A stretch of DNA of 64,000 nucleotides from NCBI GenBank assembly GCA_029246845.1, contig JAQWMJ010000040.1, forward strand, positions 1 to 64,000. Direction: 5' to 3'. Shown in pieces: positions 52,363 through 63,040 of this stretch (its first letter is position 1; the number at the start of each line of letters is the position of its first letter). Source of the stretch: Thermodesulfobacteriota bacterium. GTDB lineage: Bacteria > Desulfobacterota_D > UBA1144. The translations under genes were made by a program, and so were the position numbers. The notes beneath the pieces are model-generated. The model saw only the letters and a program-made list of their open reading frames with translations, was not told where the DNA came from and searched no databases.

Positions 52363-53799
52363 TTATTTAGCTTTAGAAATTATTGCTGTGCCCAAATCAC
52401 GGAATATGTACTTATGAAAAGGAAAGATCGAATACCAATACAAATACCCCCAAATACCTTTAGGCTCAAATATAGCTGATATTACAAGGAAGGTTTTTGA
52501 ATTATGAGGAATAGATTCAAGCTTAAGCCATGCTTCCCCGGGCGATTTTAGTGTCATTTTAAGTAATATTTTGCGGTTTTCTTCAAACTTTTCTATTCTC
52601 CAACAGTCCATAGAGTCGCCTACTTTAAGATTGCTTCTATCACTATCTTCAATTTTCTTTCCACCAACAAGACGGTCAATAAATTTACGGAGAGTCCACA
52701 AAAAATTCCATGCAAGCCATCCATCCTTTCCACCCAAGGATGTTAGCACATTAAATAATTTCTCAGGAGATGATACGGTCTCAGTAATTCTTACCTCTTC
52801 AAAGCGTCCTCTTCTTTGAAACATTTCATATTTGGGATAAATATCTTGCTTATTCCAAGAAGTCTCAACATACTCACTTTTAGTCTTCTCAAAAGCTGAC
52901 TTAATCGAATCATCAAAACATAAAAGTTTAATTTCAGGGAAGAACTCTAAAGCTTTAGATGTATCACCAACTATATTATTCACAATTCCTTTTACAATAG
53001 GCACCGCTAGTAAGTTTGTTATTGGTGTCATTAAACCAATCCACCTAGCAGCAAGTCCCGGTGCCAATACTGGAACAGGGACAATTAATCTTTTTAGACC
53101 TCTAAACTTACAATAAGAAAGCATCATATTCTTGAAAGTTATAGGTTGGGTTCCAATATCTAATCTTCTAAGGGGTATTTTATCTATTGCTAATATTAGG
53201 TATTTTAGGACATCTCTAATACTAATGGGTCTAACAAGATGATTAATCCATTTTGGCGCAACCATAATCGGAAGCTTTTCACAAAGATGCCTTAGCATTT
53301 CGTAGGAAGCTGATCCTGATCCAATGATTGGACCAGCACAGAACTCAGTCGTTGGAAGATTGTCTGACAGGATCTTTCCTACCTCAATTCTACTATTTAG
53401 ATGATCTGAGATTTGAGGGCCATCCGGCGATATTCCTCCCAAGTAAATAACATGCTTGATATCCTTAAATAAAGTAACAAAATTCTCAGCTACGAGTCTG
53501 TCCAAGGCTATGTAATCTTGTGAGTCGGACATAGAATGAATTAGATAATATGCTTGATCTACACCATCAGGTAATCCATTTAATGTTTCAATTTTAGTCA
53601 AATCACCTTCAAAGACTTCAACCTGAGAGTACCATGATTTATTTTTAATTTTTTCTTTATCTCTAACTAAGACTCTGACCGTGAGATTATTACTTAAGAG
53701 CCTAGGAATAAGTCTGCCTCCTATATAGCCTGTGGCTCCAGTCACAAGAATTCTGGCATTTTTAGTTGTTAGCTTTATTGGATTATGGAACTCATTCAT
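52363..53799 (-). CDS. Atypical SDR with C-terminal DUF2867-like domain (YbjT-like)
   Basis: TGATGYIGG, YYLIHSM, GSGSASYE, PGEAWL, G.WGYLYW. Confidence 0.88.
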   Translation of the reverse strand: MNEFHNPIKLTTKNARILVTGATGYIGGRLIPRLLSNNLTVRVLVRDKEKIKNKSWYSQVEVFEGDLTKIETLNGLPDGVDQAYYLIHSMSDSQDYIALDRLVAENFVTLFKDIKHVIYLGGISPDGPQISDHLNSRIEVGKILSDNLPTTEFCAGPIIGSGSASYEMLRHLCEKLPIMVAPKWINHLVRPISIRDVLKYLILAIDKIPLRRLDIGTQPITFKNMMLSYCKFRGLKRLIVPVPVLAPGLAARWIGLMTPITNLLAVPIVKGIVNNIVGDTSKALEFFPEIKLLCFDDSIKSAFEKTKSEYVETSWNKQDIYPKYEMFQRRGRFEEVRITETVSSPEKLFNVLTSLGGKDGWLAWNFLWTLRKFIDRLVGGKKIEDSDRSNLKVGDSMDCWRIEKFEENRKILLKMTLKSPGEAWLKLESIPHNSKTFLVISAIFEPKGIWGYLYWYSIFPFHKYIFRDLGTAIISKAK

Positions 53800-53859
53800 A
53801 TATGTATATATTAACTAATTTTTTGAAATAGCTAATTTTAGAATATAATTAAACTTAAT

Positions 53860-54936
53860 ATGAATCTACTCAATAATTCATTTACCAATTATATGTTTTT
53901 GGATAACTATGTATGGGAATGGATCTTGGCAATTGTAATAACTCTTACAATATATGCTTTTTTAGTTTTCATAAAGAAAATTGCAGAAAAAAGATTGAAG
54001 ACGTTTGCGCAGAAAACATCTACCAATTTAGATGACTATCTGCTTGAAATGCTTTCCTCAATTTCAAAAATTTTTATTTTCTTAAGTGCAATAAATATTG
54101 GTAGCAATATAGTCACATTAAATGAAAATGTGAATAGTGTTTTAAGTCATGCCTTTCTTCTAATACTTTTCTGGCAAATAACTAGATGGATTGTCTTGGT
54201 TACAAATATAATCTTCACCAGATATAAAAAGATAAAAGAAACAAATGACGATATGCATGGGGTAACTGCAATAAATGGCCTAACAGCTATATCTAAATTT
54301 ATAATCTGGCTTATTTTTCTTATGCTAGCCATGGACAACTTAGGAGTAGATATAACTGCCCTAGTTGCTGGTCTTGGTATAGGTGGTCTTGCAATTGCAT
54401 TAGCTGCACAAAGTATACTTGGTGACCTATTTGCTTCTCTTACAATCATGATAGATAAGCCAATTGCGATAGGTGACTATGTTGTAGTTGACGATTTTAT
54501 GGGGAATGTAAAAGCCATTGGAATCAAAAGCACAAAGCTGGAAAGTCTGACTGGTGAAGAAATTATTATATCGAATTCAGATTTATTAAATTCAAGGTTA
54601 AGAAATTATCACCAGTCAAGGATGAAAAAGAGAAGAAGCAGTATGAAAATAGGTATTGTATATGAAACCGATTTTAATGAATTAAAAAGGATTCAAGAAA
54701 TATTAAGAGAGATAGTTAAATCAAATCCAAAAACAGAATATATAAGGGCCATCTTCACAAACTTTGGGGACTTCTCTCTTGATTTTGAGCTTACTTATAA
54801 TGTTCTAAGTCCAGACTATGAAACTTTAACTGAAATAAATCATGAAATTAGACTTAAGATTTTTGAAACTTTTGAAAAAGAAGGTCTTAAGTTTGCATAC
54901 CCAACGCGAACTGTCCATCTGACTAAAGAAAACTAA
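53860..54936 (+). CDS. mscS: MscS family mechanosensitive channel
   Basis: ALVAGLGIGGLAIALAAQ, DKPIAIGD, FAYPTRT. Confidence 0.92.
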   Translation: MNLLNNSFTNYMFLDNYVWEWILAIVITLTIYAFLVFIKKIAEKRLKTFAQKTSTNLDDYLLEMLSSISKIFIFLSAINIGSNIVTLNENVNSVLSHAFLLILFWQITRWIVLVTNIIFTRYKKIKETNDDMHGVTAINGLTAISKFIIWLIFLMLAMDNLGVDITALVAGLGIGGLAIALAAQSILGDLFASLTIMIDKPIAIGDYVVVDDFMGNVKAIGIKSTKLESLTGEEIIISNSDLLNSRLRNYHQSRMKKRRSSMKIGIVYETDFNELKRIQEILREIVKSNPKTEYIRAIFTNFGDFSLDFELTYNVLSPDYETLTEINHEIRLKIFETFEKEGLKFAYPTRTVHLTKEN

Positions 54937-55009
54937 TAGAACCAATCATCTTTTCTTAACATGTAAAAATATAATTTGTTTTAAAAGTATATATATTCTA
55001 TTATTTTTT

Positions 55010-56395
55010 ATGGTTAAAAAACTATGGGGTGGAAGATTTCAAAATGCTACTAATGCTGATGCAGAGAACTTCACCTCTTCTATTGATGTAGACAAAGATT
55101 TATATAATTTTGATATTTTGGGCTCTATTGCTCATGTCGAAATGCTTTCACAGCAAAAAATTATTTCCAAAAGCGAGAAGAGCAAAATCATAAAAGGTTT
55201 AAAAAAAATAAAAAATGAAATAGAGCTTGGTAAGTTTAATTTTTCACATGAACTAGAAGACATACATATGAATATTGAAGATTCTCTTACTAAGAAAGTG
55301 GGCACAGCTGGTAAGAAAGTACATACTGCTAGAAGTAGAAACGATCAAGTGGTGACTGATATTAAACTTTATATCAAAAGTATGGCTGAATCACTAAAAT
55401 CAGATGTTGTAAAACTTCAAAAAAGTATTATTAAAAAATCCGAAAAAAATATAGATGTCATAATACCTTTTTATACTCACCTCCAAAGGGCTCAACCAAT
55501 ATTGGCATCTCATTACTTGTTAGCTTTCTTTGAAATGTTTCTGAGAGATGCAGAAAGAATTAACCAAACTATTCAAAGGCTTGATCAAAATCCTCTTGGT
55601 TCTTGTGCTGGAAGTGGCACATCATTCGAAATAGATAGATTTTATACATCCAAAAAATTAGGCTTTAGAGAACCCACAAGAAATAGTATTGACTCTGTAA
55701 GTGATAGAGACTATGTAATTGATACGATTTATTCATGTTCAATTATAATGATGCATCTTTCGAGATTTTGTGAGGATCTTATTGTTTGGAATAGCTCTGA
55801 GTTTAACTTTATTCAAATAGGGGATGAATTTACAACAGGTTCAAGCATAATGCCCCAAAAGAAAAATCCAGATATTCTAGAGCTAATTAGAGGAAAATGT
55901 AGCCTTGTTTATGGTGATTTAATATCCATTCTGACGAATTTAAAGGGTTTACCTTTGAGCTATAATAGAGATTTACAAGAAGATAAGATTCCACTTTTTT
56001 CAGCTTTAGAAACTTCCATCGATTGTGTTAAAATTTTCTCAAGAAATTTTGATTCAATAGAATTTAATACAGAACATATTAAGTCAGGAATGGACTTAGG
56101 TTTTCTTACAGCAACAGACCTTGCTGACTATCTCGCAAGGAACGATGTACCTTTTAGAAAAGCGCATCATATTACAGGGAATATTGTAGCTTATTGTGAA
56201 AAAAATAATAAAAATCTTAGTTCTTTAAGCCTTCTTGAATTCCAAAAATTCTCAAAGGTTATCAAAAAGGATGTTTTTAATTTCATATCGATTGAAAATT
56301 CTGTTGCCTCCAAAAAATCATATGGTGGAACTTCGAAAGAGAATGTAAAAAAAATGATAGCTAAATATAAAAAGATTTTATTAAAGTCGAAGTAA
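55010..56395 (+). CDS. argH: Argininosuccinate lyase
   Basis: LWGGRF, HTARSRNDQ, GSSIMPQKKNPD. Confidence 0.98.
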   Translation: MVKKLWGGRFQNATNADAENFTSSIDVDKDLYNFDILGSIAHVEMLSQQKIISKSEKSKIIKGLKKIKNEIELGKFNFSHELEDIHMNIEDSLTKKVGTAGKKVHTARSRNDQVVTDIKLYIKSMAESLKSDVVKLQKSIIKKSEKNIDVIIPFYTHLQRAQPILASHYLLAFFEMFLRDAERINQTIQRLDQNPLGSCAGSGTSFEIDRFYTSKKLGFREPTRNSIDSVSDRDYVIDTIYSCSIIMMHLSRFCEDLIVWNSSEFNFIQIGDEFTTGSSIMPQKKNPDILELIRGKCSLVYGDLISILTNLKGLPLSYNRDLQEDKIPLFSALETSIDCVKIFSRNFDSIEFNTEHIKSGMDLGFLTATDLADYLARNDVPFRKAHHITGNIVAYCEKNNKNLSSLSLLEFQKFSKVIKKDVFNFISIENSVASKKSYGGTSKENVKKMIAKYKKILLKSK

Positions 56396-56453
56396 AGAAG
56401 CTGCAGAATTAGCATTAACTTGAGCTTAAATTTTTTTTGTTTACAATAATTTT

Positions 56454-56813
56454 ATGAGTATTTTGAAAAGTTTTAAAAACAAAGCTACAAAGCGTGACTA
56501 CGAAATTAATATTTCATGTCCTGAATTTACATCCCTATGTCCAGCAACAGGTCAACCAGATTTTGCAGAAATTAAAATATTATACGTACCCCATGAAAAG
56601 TGTATAGAGCTAAAATCTCTAAAACAATATATTAATTCTTATAGGAATGTAGGAGAGTTCCATGAGCATGTAACTAACAAAATACTAGATGATATTATCC
56701 TCACTTGTAAACCGAAATATGCAAAAGTAATTGGAGATTTTAATATAAGGGGGGGAATTAAGACAATTGTTGAAGCAGAGTATAAAAAGGGATCGCGAAA
56801 GAAAAAAAGTTAG
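56454..56813 (+). CDS. queF: preQ0 reductase (short unimodular type)
   Basis: PEFTSLCPATGQPDFA, ELKSLK.Y, FHE. Confidence 0.95.
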   Translation: MSILKSFKNKATKRDYEINISCPEFTSLCPATGQPDFAEIKILYVPHEKCIELKSLKQYINSYRNVGEFHEHVTNKILDDIILTCKPKYAKVIGDFNIRGGIKTIVEAEYKKGSRKKKS

Positions 56814-57591
56814 CTATTTTATCTTTGGTTTAATTTTCTTAGTTTTAATAGTTTTATCTATTTTTCCCGATTCTTTGGCACCTTTTTCTCCCTCGGAGTC
56901 AAACTATGATCAACTACTCAAGGAACCCTCAAAATTAAACTTATTCGGTACAGATGAGCTTGGAAGAGATATTCTAAGTCGTATCATATATGGAACAAGA
57001 GTTTCACTTTCTGTTGCTTTATTCACTTCAATCATATCGCTAGTTTTTGGAACAATTTATGGATTATTTTCAGGAATAAAAGGGGGAATAATAGATGAGA
57101 TTTTGATGAAAATTGTTGATATCTTTTATTCTATTCCAGACCTGCTATTAATTTCCATCTTCATCTTACTATTTGGTCGAGGTACAACTGGAATTATATT
57201 AGCTCTTTCGTTATTAAGCTGGATGAGAATTGCTAGAATAACTAGAGCAAATGTAATTGAGCTTAAAAATAGACCATTTGTCTTAAGTGCAAAAGTAATG
57301 GGATTTAGTGATACTAGGATTGTATTCAAAGAGATTCTTCCTAATATATTAGCCCCTATAATTGTTACTTTTAGCTTCACCATTCCTTCCTCTATACTTG
57401 CTGAGTCAACTTTAAGTTTTTTAGGTTTAGGAATTTCACCACCAGAAGTAAGTTGGGGGTTGATGGCAAATAATGGTTGGCAAGGTATCAGGAGTTTCCC
57501 ACACCTAATAGTTTTCCCATGTCTGGCTATTTTTATTTCTACAATTACATTTATAAAAATAGGAGAGTTTATGAAGGAGAAAGCTGAATGA
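56767..57591 (+). CDS. Peptide ABC transporter permease (OppC/DppC-like), orphan
   Basis: FGTDELGRD, AESTLSFLGLG, SWG; start uncertain. Confidence 0.9.
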   Translation: MLKQSIKRDRERKKVSYFIFGLIFLVLIVLSIFPDSLAPFSPSESNYDQLLKEPSKLNLFGTDELGRDILSRIIYGTRVSLSVALFTSIISLVFGTIYGLFSGIKGGIIDEILMKIVDIFYSIPDLLLISIFILLFGRGTTGIILALSLLSWMRIARITRANVIELKNRPFVLSAKVMGFSDTRIVFKEILPNILAPIIVTFSFTIPSSILAESTLSFLGLGISPPEVSWGLMANNGWQGIRSFPHLIVFPCLAIFISTITFIKIGEFMKEKAE

Positions 57592-59528
57592 AAACAATTA
57601 TAATTATTCTTCTATTTTTTATTCTTTCAATCTCATCATTCTCTTATCAGAATTGTAGTGAATTAAATAATAATCTTGCGAAGTCTGAATGTTTTAAGTC
57701 TAGTAACAAAAATAAAGAAGCTTTAAATAGTATTAACAAACTTCAGGGATCTTTAATAGAACTTGAAACGATTCAAGACTTTTTAGATTTTAAGAAGATT
57801 CAGTTTTTAATAAAATCAAAAGATATTAGCTTAAGCCTTGAAAAGTTTAAGCTTAATTATCCTGAATCAAATCTAACTAAAAAAATTGAGCTTATAAAAG
57901 CAGAGGCTTTACTAAATGAAGGGTTCAATGAAGATTTAGTGGAGGTACTTAGTCAAATAGAAAAACAATATAAGCTGTCAGTGAAAGATAAACTAATGAT
58001 TAAATACTTAAAAGGTCTGAGCTTCTATAAAACACAGAAATATAATGAATCCTTTAAATTAATTAAACAGTTAGCAATTAATGACCCTCAATTTAAATCA
58101 AAGCAAGTAAATGAGACTCTTTATAAACTTAAAAGCAATCATTCATTTAAACTTAGTAAAGATGAAAAAACTACTAGGCTCCATAACCTTCATAAAAGAA
58201 ATATGTATTCAATTTTCATGAAAGAATATGATGATAAGTTATCTGTTCTACTAAGAATAAAGAAAAGTTTAATAATGATTAAATCAAAAAATAGTAAAAA
58301 AGGGTTCGAAATCTTAGAAAAAATAGCTGCCGGACAATTTACTGATTCTGGATCACAGTCAATCAATCTCGAAGCAATTGCTGAATCTAAATATAGACTA
58401 TTATTATTCAAACTAAAAAGTACGAATAATAATTCATTGCTGGCAAAAGAACTGCAGTCAATCCTAACAAACTATCCTAATTTCAGTAAAAACAGTGCAG
58501 TAGGTTATTTATCAGCAAGGCTGTTTACAATTGATAAAGAATATAAACAAGGAATAAAGGTCTACAACTGGCTTATTAAAACAAAGTCTAAGGGGTATGT
58601 TGATAAATCCTTTTATGGCCTTGGTTTCTCAGAATATATGCTAGGGAATTATAAGGAAGCAATGGGATATTTTAGATCTCTAAAAGAGTCCGACGAATCA
58701 TACTATAGACAATTGGGAAGCTTTTGGACAGGTAAATCATTATTGAAATTAGAAGATAAAACTTTGGCATTAAAAGAATTTAAAAATCTTTCCGATAAAT
58801 ATGATATTGGTTATTACTCATATCTCGCGTCAACGAAAATTAACAGTAAAAAAATTAGAAAAACTTACAAAAAAGTTAAGTCAAATAGTTATATTGGAGA
58901 TATTACTCTTTTAAAATATGCCAATGAATATGGTCCACTAAGAAAAGAAGTGGAAAACTATATAAGAAACAAGATTAATAAATCAAATTATAATTCATAT
59001 CTTTCTGCTTTAGACGATGCAGGTGAGTTTAATCTATGTATAAAGATTTCTTATAGTTACAATTCTCATAACTACTACAAATATCCTAGAGGATATAAGT
59101 CTATAGTGAGCAAATATTCAAAAAAATATGGTGTTGATCCTTATCTAATTTTCGCACTTATAAGAGAAGAAAGTTTATTCAATCCATTAGCTAAATCATG
59201 GGTTGGAGCCAAAGGATTAATGCAACTTATGAATAAAACTGCTAATTCATTAGATAGAGAGTTAAATATAAAATCAAATCTATTCAACCCTGAAGATAAT
59301 ATTAATCTGGGAACTTTCTATTTAATGAAACTAATGAAACGTTTCGATAATAATATCCCTAGTGTTCTTGCAGCATATAATGGGGGCCCTCATAATGTAG
59401 AGTTATGGAGAGAGAAATTTGCAGGAGTTGATGATGAAGAATTTGTTGAAAATATTCCATTTAAAGAGACACATGGGTACGTAAAGAGAATATTAAGAAG
59501 CTATCACTATTATAAAAATAACTACTAA
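57588..59528 (+). CDS. slt: Soluble lytic transglycosylase with TPR-like N-terminal region
   Basis: Signal peptide, IREESLF, GAKGLMQL, AYNGG, IPFKET.GYV. Confidence 0.9.
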   Translation: MKTIIIILLFFILSISSFSYQNCSELNNNLAKSECFKSSNKNKEALNSINKLQGSLIELETIQDFLDFKKIQFLIKSKDISLSLEKFKLNYPESNLTKKIELIKAEALLNEGFNEDLVEVLSQIEKQYKLSVKDKLMIKYLKGLSFYKTQKYNESFKLIKQLAINDPQFKSKQVNETLYKLKSNHSFKLSKDEKTTRLHNLHKRNMYSIFMKEYDDKLSVLLRIKKSLIMIKSKNSKKGFEILEKIAAGQFTDSGSQSINLEAIAESKYRLLLFKLKSTNNNSLLAKELQSILTNYPNFSKNSAVGYLSARLFTIDKEYKQGIKVYNWLIKTKSKGYVDKSFYGLGFSEYMLGNYKEAMGYFRSLKESDESYYRQLGSFWTGKSLLKLEDKTLALKEFKNLSDKYDIGYYSYLASTKINSKKIRKTYKKVKSNSYIGDITLLKYANEYGPLRKEVENYIRNKINKSNYNSYLSALDDAGEFNLCIKISYSYNSHNYYKYPRGYKSIVSKYSKKYGVDPYLIFALIREESLFNPLAKSWVGAKGLMQLMNKTANSLDRELNIKSNLFNPEDNINLGTFYLMKLMKRFDNNIPSVLAAYNGGPHNVELWREKFAGVDDEEFVENIPFKETHGYVKRILRSYHYYKNNY

Positions 59529-60133
59529 GAGATTTTTGAAAAGTTTCTCAAAACCTCTAATCCTACGTTGCTGCTTTTTTCAGGATGAAATTGTGTTGCA
59601 TAGATATTGTCAGAACTAATTGAAGAAGCAAAGTCATCTCCATAGTTAGAAATAGAGTCTGTTATTTTAGAGTCGACATTAGACTTAAAAGAATGTACAA
59701 AATAGAACCAACTCCTATTGGGAATCCCTTTGAAAAGTCTAGAGTTACCTTTAAATTCAACCTGATTCCAACCCATGTGTGGAACTTTAAGTTTTTTTGA
59801 TTCAAACTCAATTTTATCTACGGACCCTTTAAAAAAAGAAAATCCCATAGAACCAGGACTTTCCTCACTATTTTCAAACAAAATCTGAAGACCAAGGCAT
59901 ATTCCAAGAAAAGGTTTACCTTTTTTAATCGAATCTTTAATAGGTTCAAAAATCTTTTTGTCCTCCAAATTTTTAATGCAATCTCCAAAAGATCCAACAC
60001 CAGGGAAAATAATAGAGCTGGCGTCTTCTATTTCTTTTTTTTGATCAGTAATTTTAGAGTCTATTGATAGTAGACTTAAAGCTTTTGAAACTGATTTTAA
60101 GTTTCCAAAACCATAATCAACTATCGCAATCAT
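59525..60133 (-). CDS. hisH: Imidazole glycerol phosphate synthase glutaminase subunit
   Basis: PGVG, GICLG, PHMGWN, QFHPEKS. Confidence 0.97.
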   Translation of the reverse strand: MIAIVDYGFGNLKSVSKALSLLSIDSKITDQKKEIEDASSIIFPGVGSFGDCIKNLEDKKIFEPIKDSIKKGKPFLGICLGLQILFENSEESPGSMGFSFFKGSVDKIEFESKKLKVPHMGWNQVEFKGNSRLFKGIPNRSWFYFVHSFKSNVDSKITDSISNYGDDFASSISSDNIYATQFHPEKSSNVGLEVLRNFSKIS

Positions 60134-60720
60134 TAGAGGTTGCCTTTAGTTGAAGGTATTGAATCAGACCTTGAATCAATCGAAGTAGCAGAATCAAGAG
60201 ACCTCGCTACTGACTTGAATATCGATTCAATAATATGATGATTATTTGCACCATATTTCAGTTCGATATGTATATTGGCTTTAATATTATTTGTAAACGA
60301 TTGAAAAAACTCCTTTGTAAGCTCAACATCAAATTCACCAACTTTAGAAGCTGGTAGCTCGACATTGAACACAAAGAAAGGTCTATTACACAAATCAACT
60401 ACTGACGAAGAAAGAGTCTCATCAAAAGGTATAGTACTAGATCCATATCTTTGAATTGACTTCTTATCTCCTAAGGCCTGATCAAAAGCTTGACCTAGAG
60501 TGATTCCAACATCTTCAACAGTATGATGAAAGTCTATTTCAGTATCTCCATCAGCCTCAATTTTTAAATCAAAGTACCCATGCTTTGATAATTGCTCTAG
60601 CATGTGGTCAAAGAAAGCAATGCCAGTATTAATCGAATAATTCCCAGTTCCATCAAGATTCAGCTCAACAGAAACCTTAACTTCACTAGTTTCTCTTTTA
60701 ACTTTTGCTATTCTATTCAT
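60133..60720 (-). CDS. hisB: Imidazoleglycerol-phosphate dehydratase
   Basis: DFHHTVED, NNHHIIE, PSTKG. Confidence 0.97.
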   Translation of the reverse strand: MNRIAKVKRETSEVKVSVELNLDGTGNYSINTGIAFFDHMLEQLSKHGYFDLKIEADGDTEIDFHHTVEDVGITLGQAFDQALGDKKSIQRYGSSTIPFDETLSSSVVDLCNRPFFVFNVELPASKVGEFDVELTKEFFQSFTNNIKANIHIELKYGANNHHIIESIFKSVARSLDSATSIDSRSDSIPSTKGNL

Positions 60721-60762
60721 TATTTGATGTTAAACCAAAAAATATTATTATTCAATTTAGTC

Positions 60763-61752
60763 TTAATAATCATGCTCATCTTCAATTTCACCTAAAATTT
60801 CTTCGAATATATCTTCTAAAGTCACCAAACCTAAAGCCTTATGGGCAGAACCAACTATTGCCATATGTGATCTTGCATTTTTCATCTCATCTAATAATGA
60901 TGAAACAAGAAGATCTTCATCGACAAAAAAGCATTTATCTAAGAATGAGTCAATATTTTTATCATCATCTTCATCCAACAAGTAACATGCGTGCACAGTT
61001 CCTTTAATTTGAGATTTATTTAAATCAAATACAGGAAATCTTGAATGGCCTGTTTTCCTAACTAGCTCTTTAATATCTTGAACTTTTTTACTAAAAGAAA
61101 CTAGGACAGTTTGATCAATCGGAATCATAATATCTTTTACTGTTACCTTATCAAACAAAAGAATTTTATTTAGGATTTTATCTCTAAATTGCTGAGAGGA
61201 ACTTTCTAGAGCTGACTGAGTTTCTAGCTCATGCATCAACTCTTCTCTAGTAATCAACTTATTCTTTGTTCCAATTATATTTACAATAAAATCTGTTAAA
61301 AATTCTATCAGAAATAAAAAAGGTTTAAATAAAACTCTAAAGAATTTAGAGAAATAAATCGTCTTTAATACAAAAAAATTGCTTTGTCTTTGAAATATCG
61401 ACTTAGGTACAACTTGCCCAAAAATTACGATAAGTGGGGTTAATATCAAGACTGATGCTAGATGAGGATCAAATTGAGGATAAGTGCTCTCTATAAAGGA
61501 TGAGACCAAAACAGTATTGATTACAATGCAAAGATTCTCACCTACTAGGCTTGTTGCAACATATTCTTCAATTTTATTTATGGATCCCATTACAAGCTTC
61601 GCAGAGCTATCACCTGCATCAGCCTTTGATTTAATTGTTCCTTTATCACATGATAATAAAGAAATTTCTGAACCCGCAAAAATAGCCTGTATGCATAATA
61701 AAATTAAAGTAATTAATGGAAGAGTGTATATGTTAATTTTCGACCCTCTCAA
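60763..61752 (-). CDS. CNNM/DUF21-CBS (CorC/TlyC-like) protein
   Basis: FAGSE, FGQVVPK, HSRFPV, TLEDIFEEILGEIEDE; start uncertain. Confidence 0.88.
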   Translation of the reverse strand: MRGSKINIYTLPLITLILLCIQAIFAGSEISLLSCDKGTIKSKADAGDSSAKLVMGSINKIEEYVATSLVGENLCIVINTVLVSSFIESTYPQFDPHLASVLILTPLIVIFGQVVPKSIFQRQSNFFVLKTIYFSKFFRVLFKPFLFLIEFLTDFIVNIIGTKNKLITREELMHELETQSALESSSQQFRDKILNKILLFDKVTVKDIMIPIDQTVLVSFSKKVQDIKELVRKTGHSRFPVFDLNKSQIKGTVHACYLLDEDDDKNIDSFLDKCFFVDEDLLVSSLLDEMKNARSHMAIVGSAHKALGLVTLEDIFEEILGEIEDEHDY

Positions 61753-63040
61753 CCTTAATTTTAGTTACCCTATTATTCTCTATTTTGAGTACTGTTAGCC
61801 TAATATTACCCCTTATTATACTTTCACCTTTTAAAGGTAACCTTCCAATATTAGTAAAAATAAATCCACCCACTGTCTCAATATCTAAATCCTCAGGAAG
61901 AAATGAATGCTCAATCTCAGAGCCTAAAGATTCAAGCCCACCTGGTCTCAAGGTTGCATATAAACAAGATGAATTAAAATCATTGATCCTTAGCCCACCG
62001 CTGACTTCAAGGATATTATTAATGTAGCTCATATTGCTACTGTCTGGTCCTCTTTCATATTCAATTTGGCCAAAGATTTCTTCTAATATATCCTCTAAAG
62101 TAACAATGCCCTCTAATCTTCCGTATTCATCAAGAACTATAGCTATATGAATTTTCTTAACTTGAAATTCTTGTAGTAATTCAAGAACATTTTTTTTATC
62201 TGGAACAAAATAAGGCTCATGTAATATGGAAGCAATGTCATCTGTCTTGTGGTTGAGTAAATCTTTAGAGTGAAGAATTCCGATTACATTATCTGTATCA
62301 CCCTTATATATTGGAATCCTTGATAATCTCCTCTTCTGTATCTCTACCAATGCCGAACTTTTACTAATATCGTGTGGAAAAGTTAAGAGATCAGGCTCAG
62401 GTGTTAATATTTTAATTAAATTAATTTTTTGAAGGTTTAATAGATTATCTATAATTTTACTTTCGCTTTTTTTCACAGAACCCTCATCTTCCCCGATGTC
62501 AATAAGACTTGTAACCTTAGAATCACCATCCTGAATACTTCCAGATTCAACGACTAAGGGGCTTGTAAGATTTATTAAATACCTGGAGAGAGAGTTGAAA
62601 ATAAAAGTGACAGGAAACATAACTTTGTTGATATAGTAAATAATAGGGGCAATAGCGATAGAAAGTCTCCTAGAGAATTTTACACCAATAGTCTTGGGTA
62701 TAATTTCACAAAAGACTAAAATTAATATAGAAGTCACAAAGATAGCAATTATAGATATAAGCTCATCAGACAGTCTCCCATCTAAAGAGTTGTGTAATTT
62801 CGAAGAAATTAAACTAGTTATAGAAACATTGATTATTTCATCTAAAAGCAAAATCGTGGCAATAATTGTTCCAGGATTGTTTATAAAAGTCTCTAGGAGT
62901 TTTCCTGAGGAAGATTTCTTTTTTATTAAGTTAACTTGGTATCTCTGAAGTGAAAAAATAGAGCTTTCTGTGATAGAAAAAAAAGCTGAAAGAAGTACTA
63001 GTAAAAAGATTATTAAAAAAAATAAATATTGATCATTCAT
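61733..63040 (-). CDS. CNNM/DUF21-CBS-CorC domain protein
   Basis: SAFFSITE, EIIPK, SRIPIY, TLEDILEEIFG, TVGG. Confidence 0.9.
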   Translation of the reverse strand: MNDQYLFFLIIFLLVLLSAFFSITESSIFSLQRYQVNLIKKKSSSGKLLETFINNPGTIIATILLLDEIINVSITSLISSKLHNSLDGRLSDELISIIAIFVTSILILVFCEIIPKTIGVKFSRRLSIAIAPIIYYINKVMFPVTFIFNSLSRYLINLTSPLVVESGSIQDGDSKVTSLIDIGEDEGSVKKSESKIIDNLLNLQKINLIKILTPEPDLLTFPHDISKSSALVEIQKRRLSRIPIYKGDTDNVIGILHSKDLLNHKTDDIASILHEPYFVPDKKNVLELLQEFQVKKIHIAIVLDEYGRLEGIVTLEDILEEIFGQIEYERGPDSSNMSYINNILEVSGGLRINDFNSSCLYATLRPGGLESLGSEIEHSFLPEDLDIETVGGFIFTNIGRLPLKGESIIRGNIRLTVLKIENNRVTKIKVERVEN

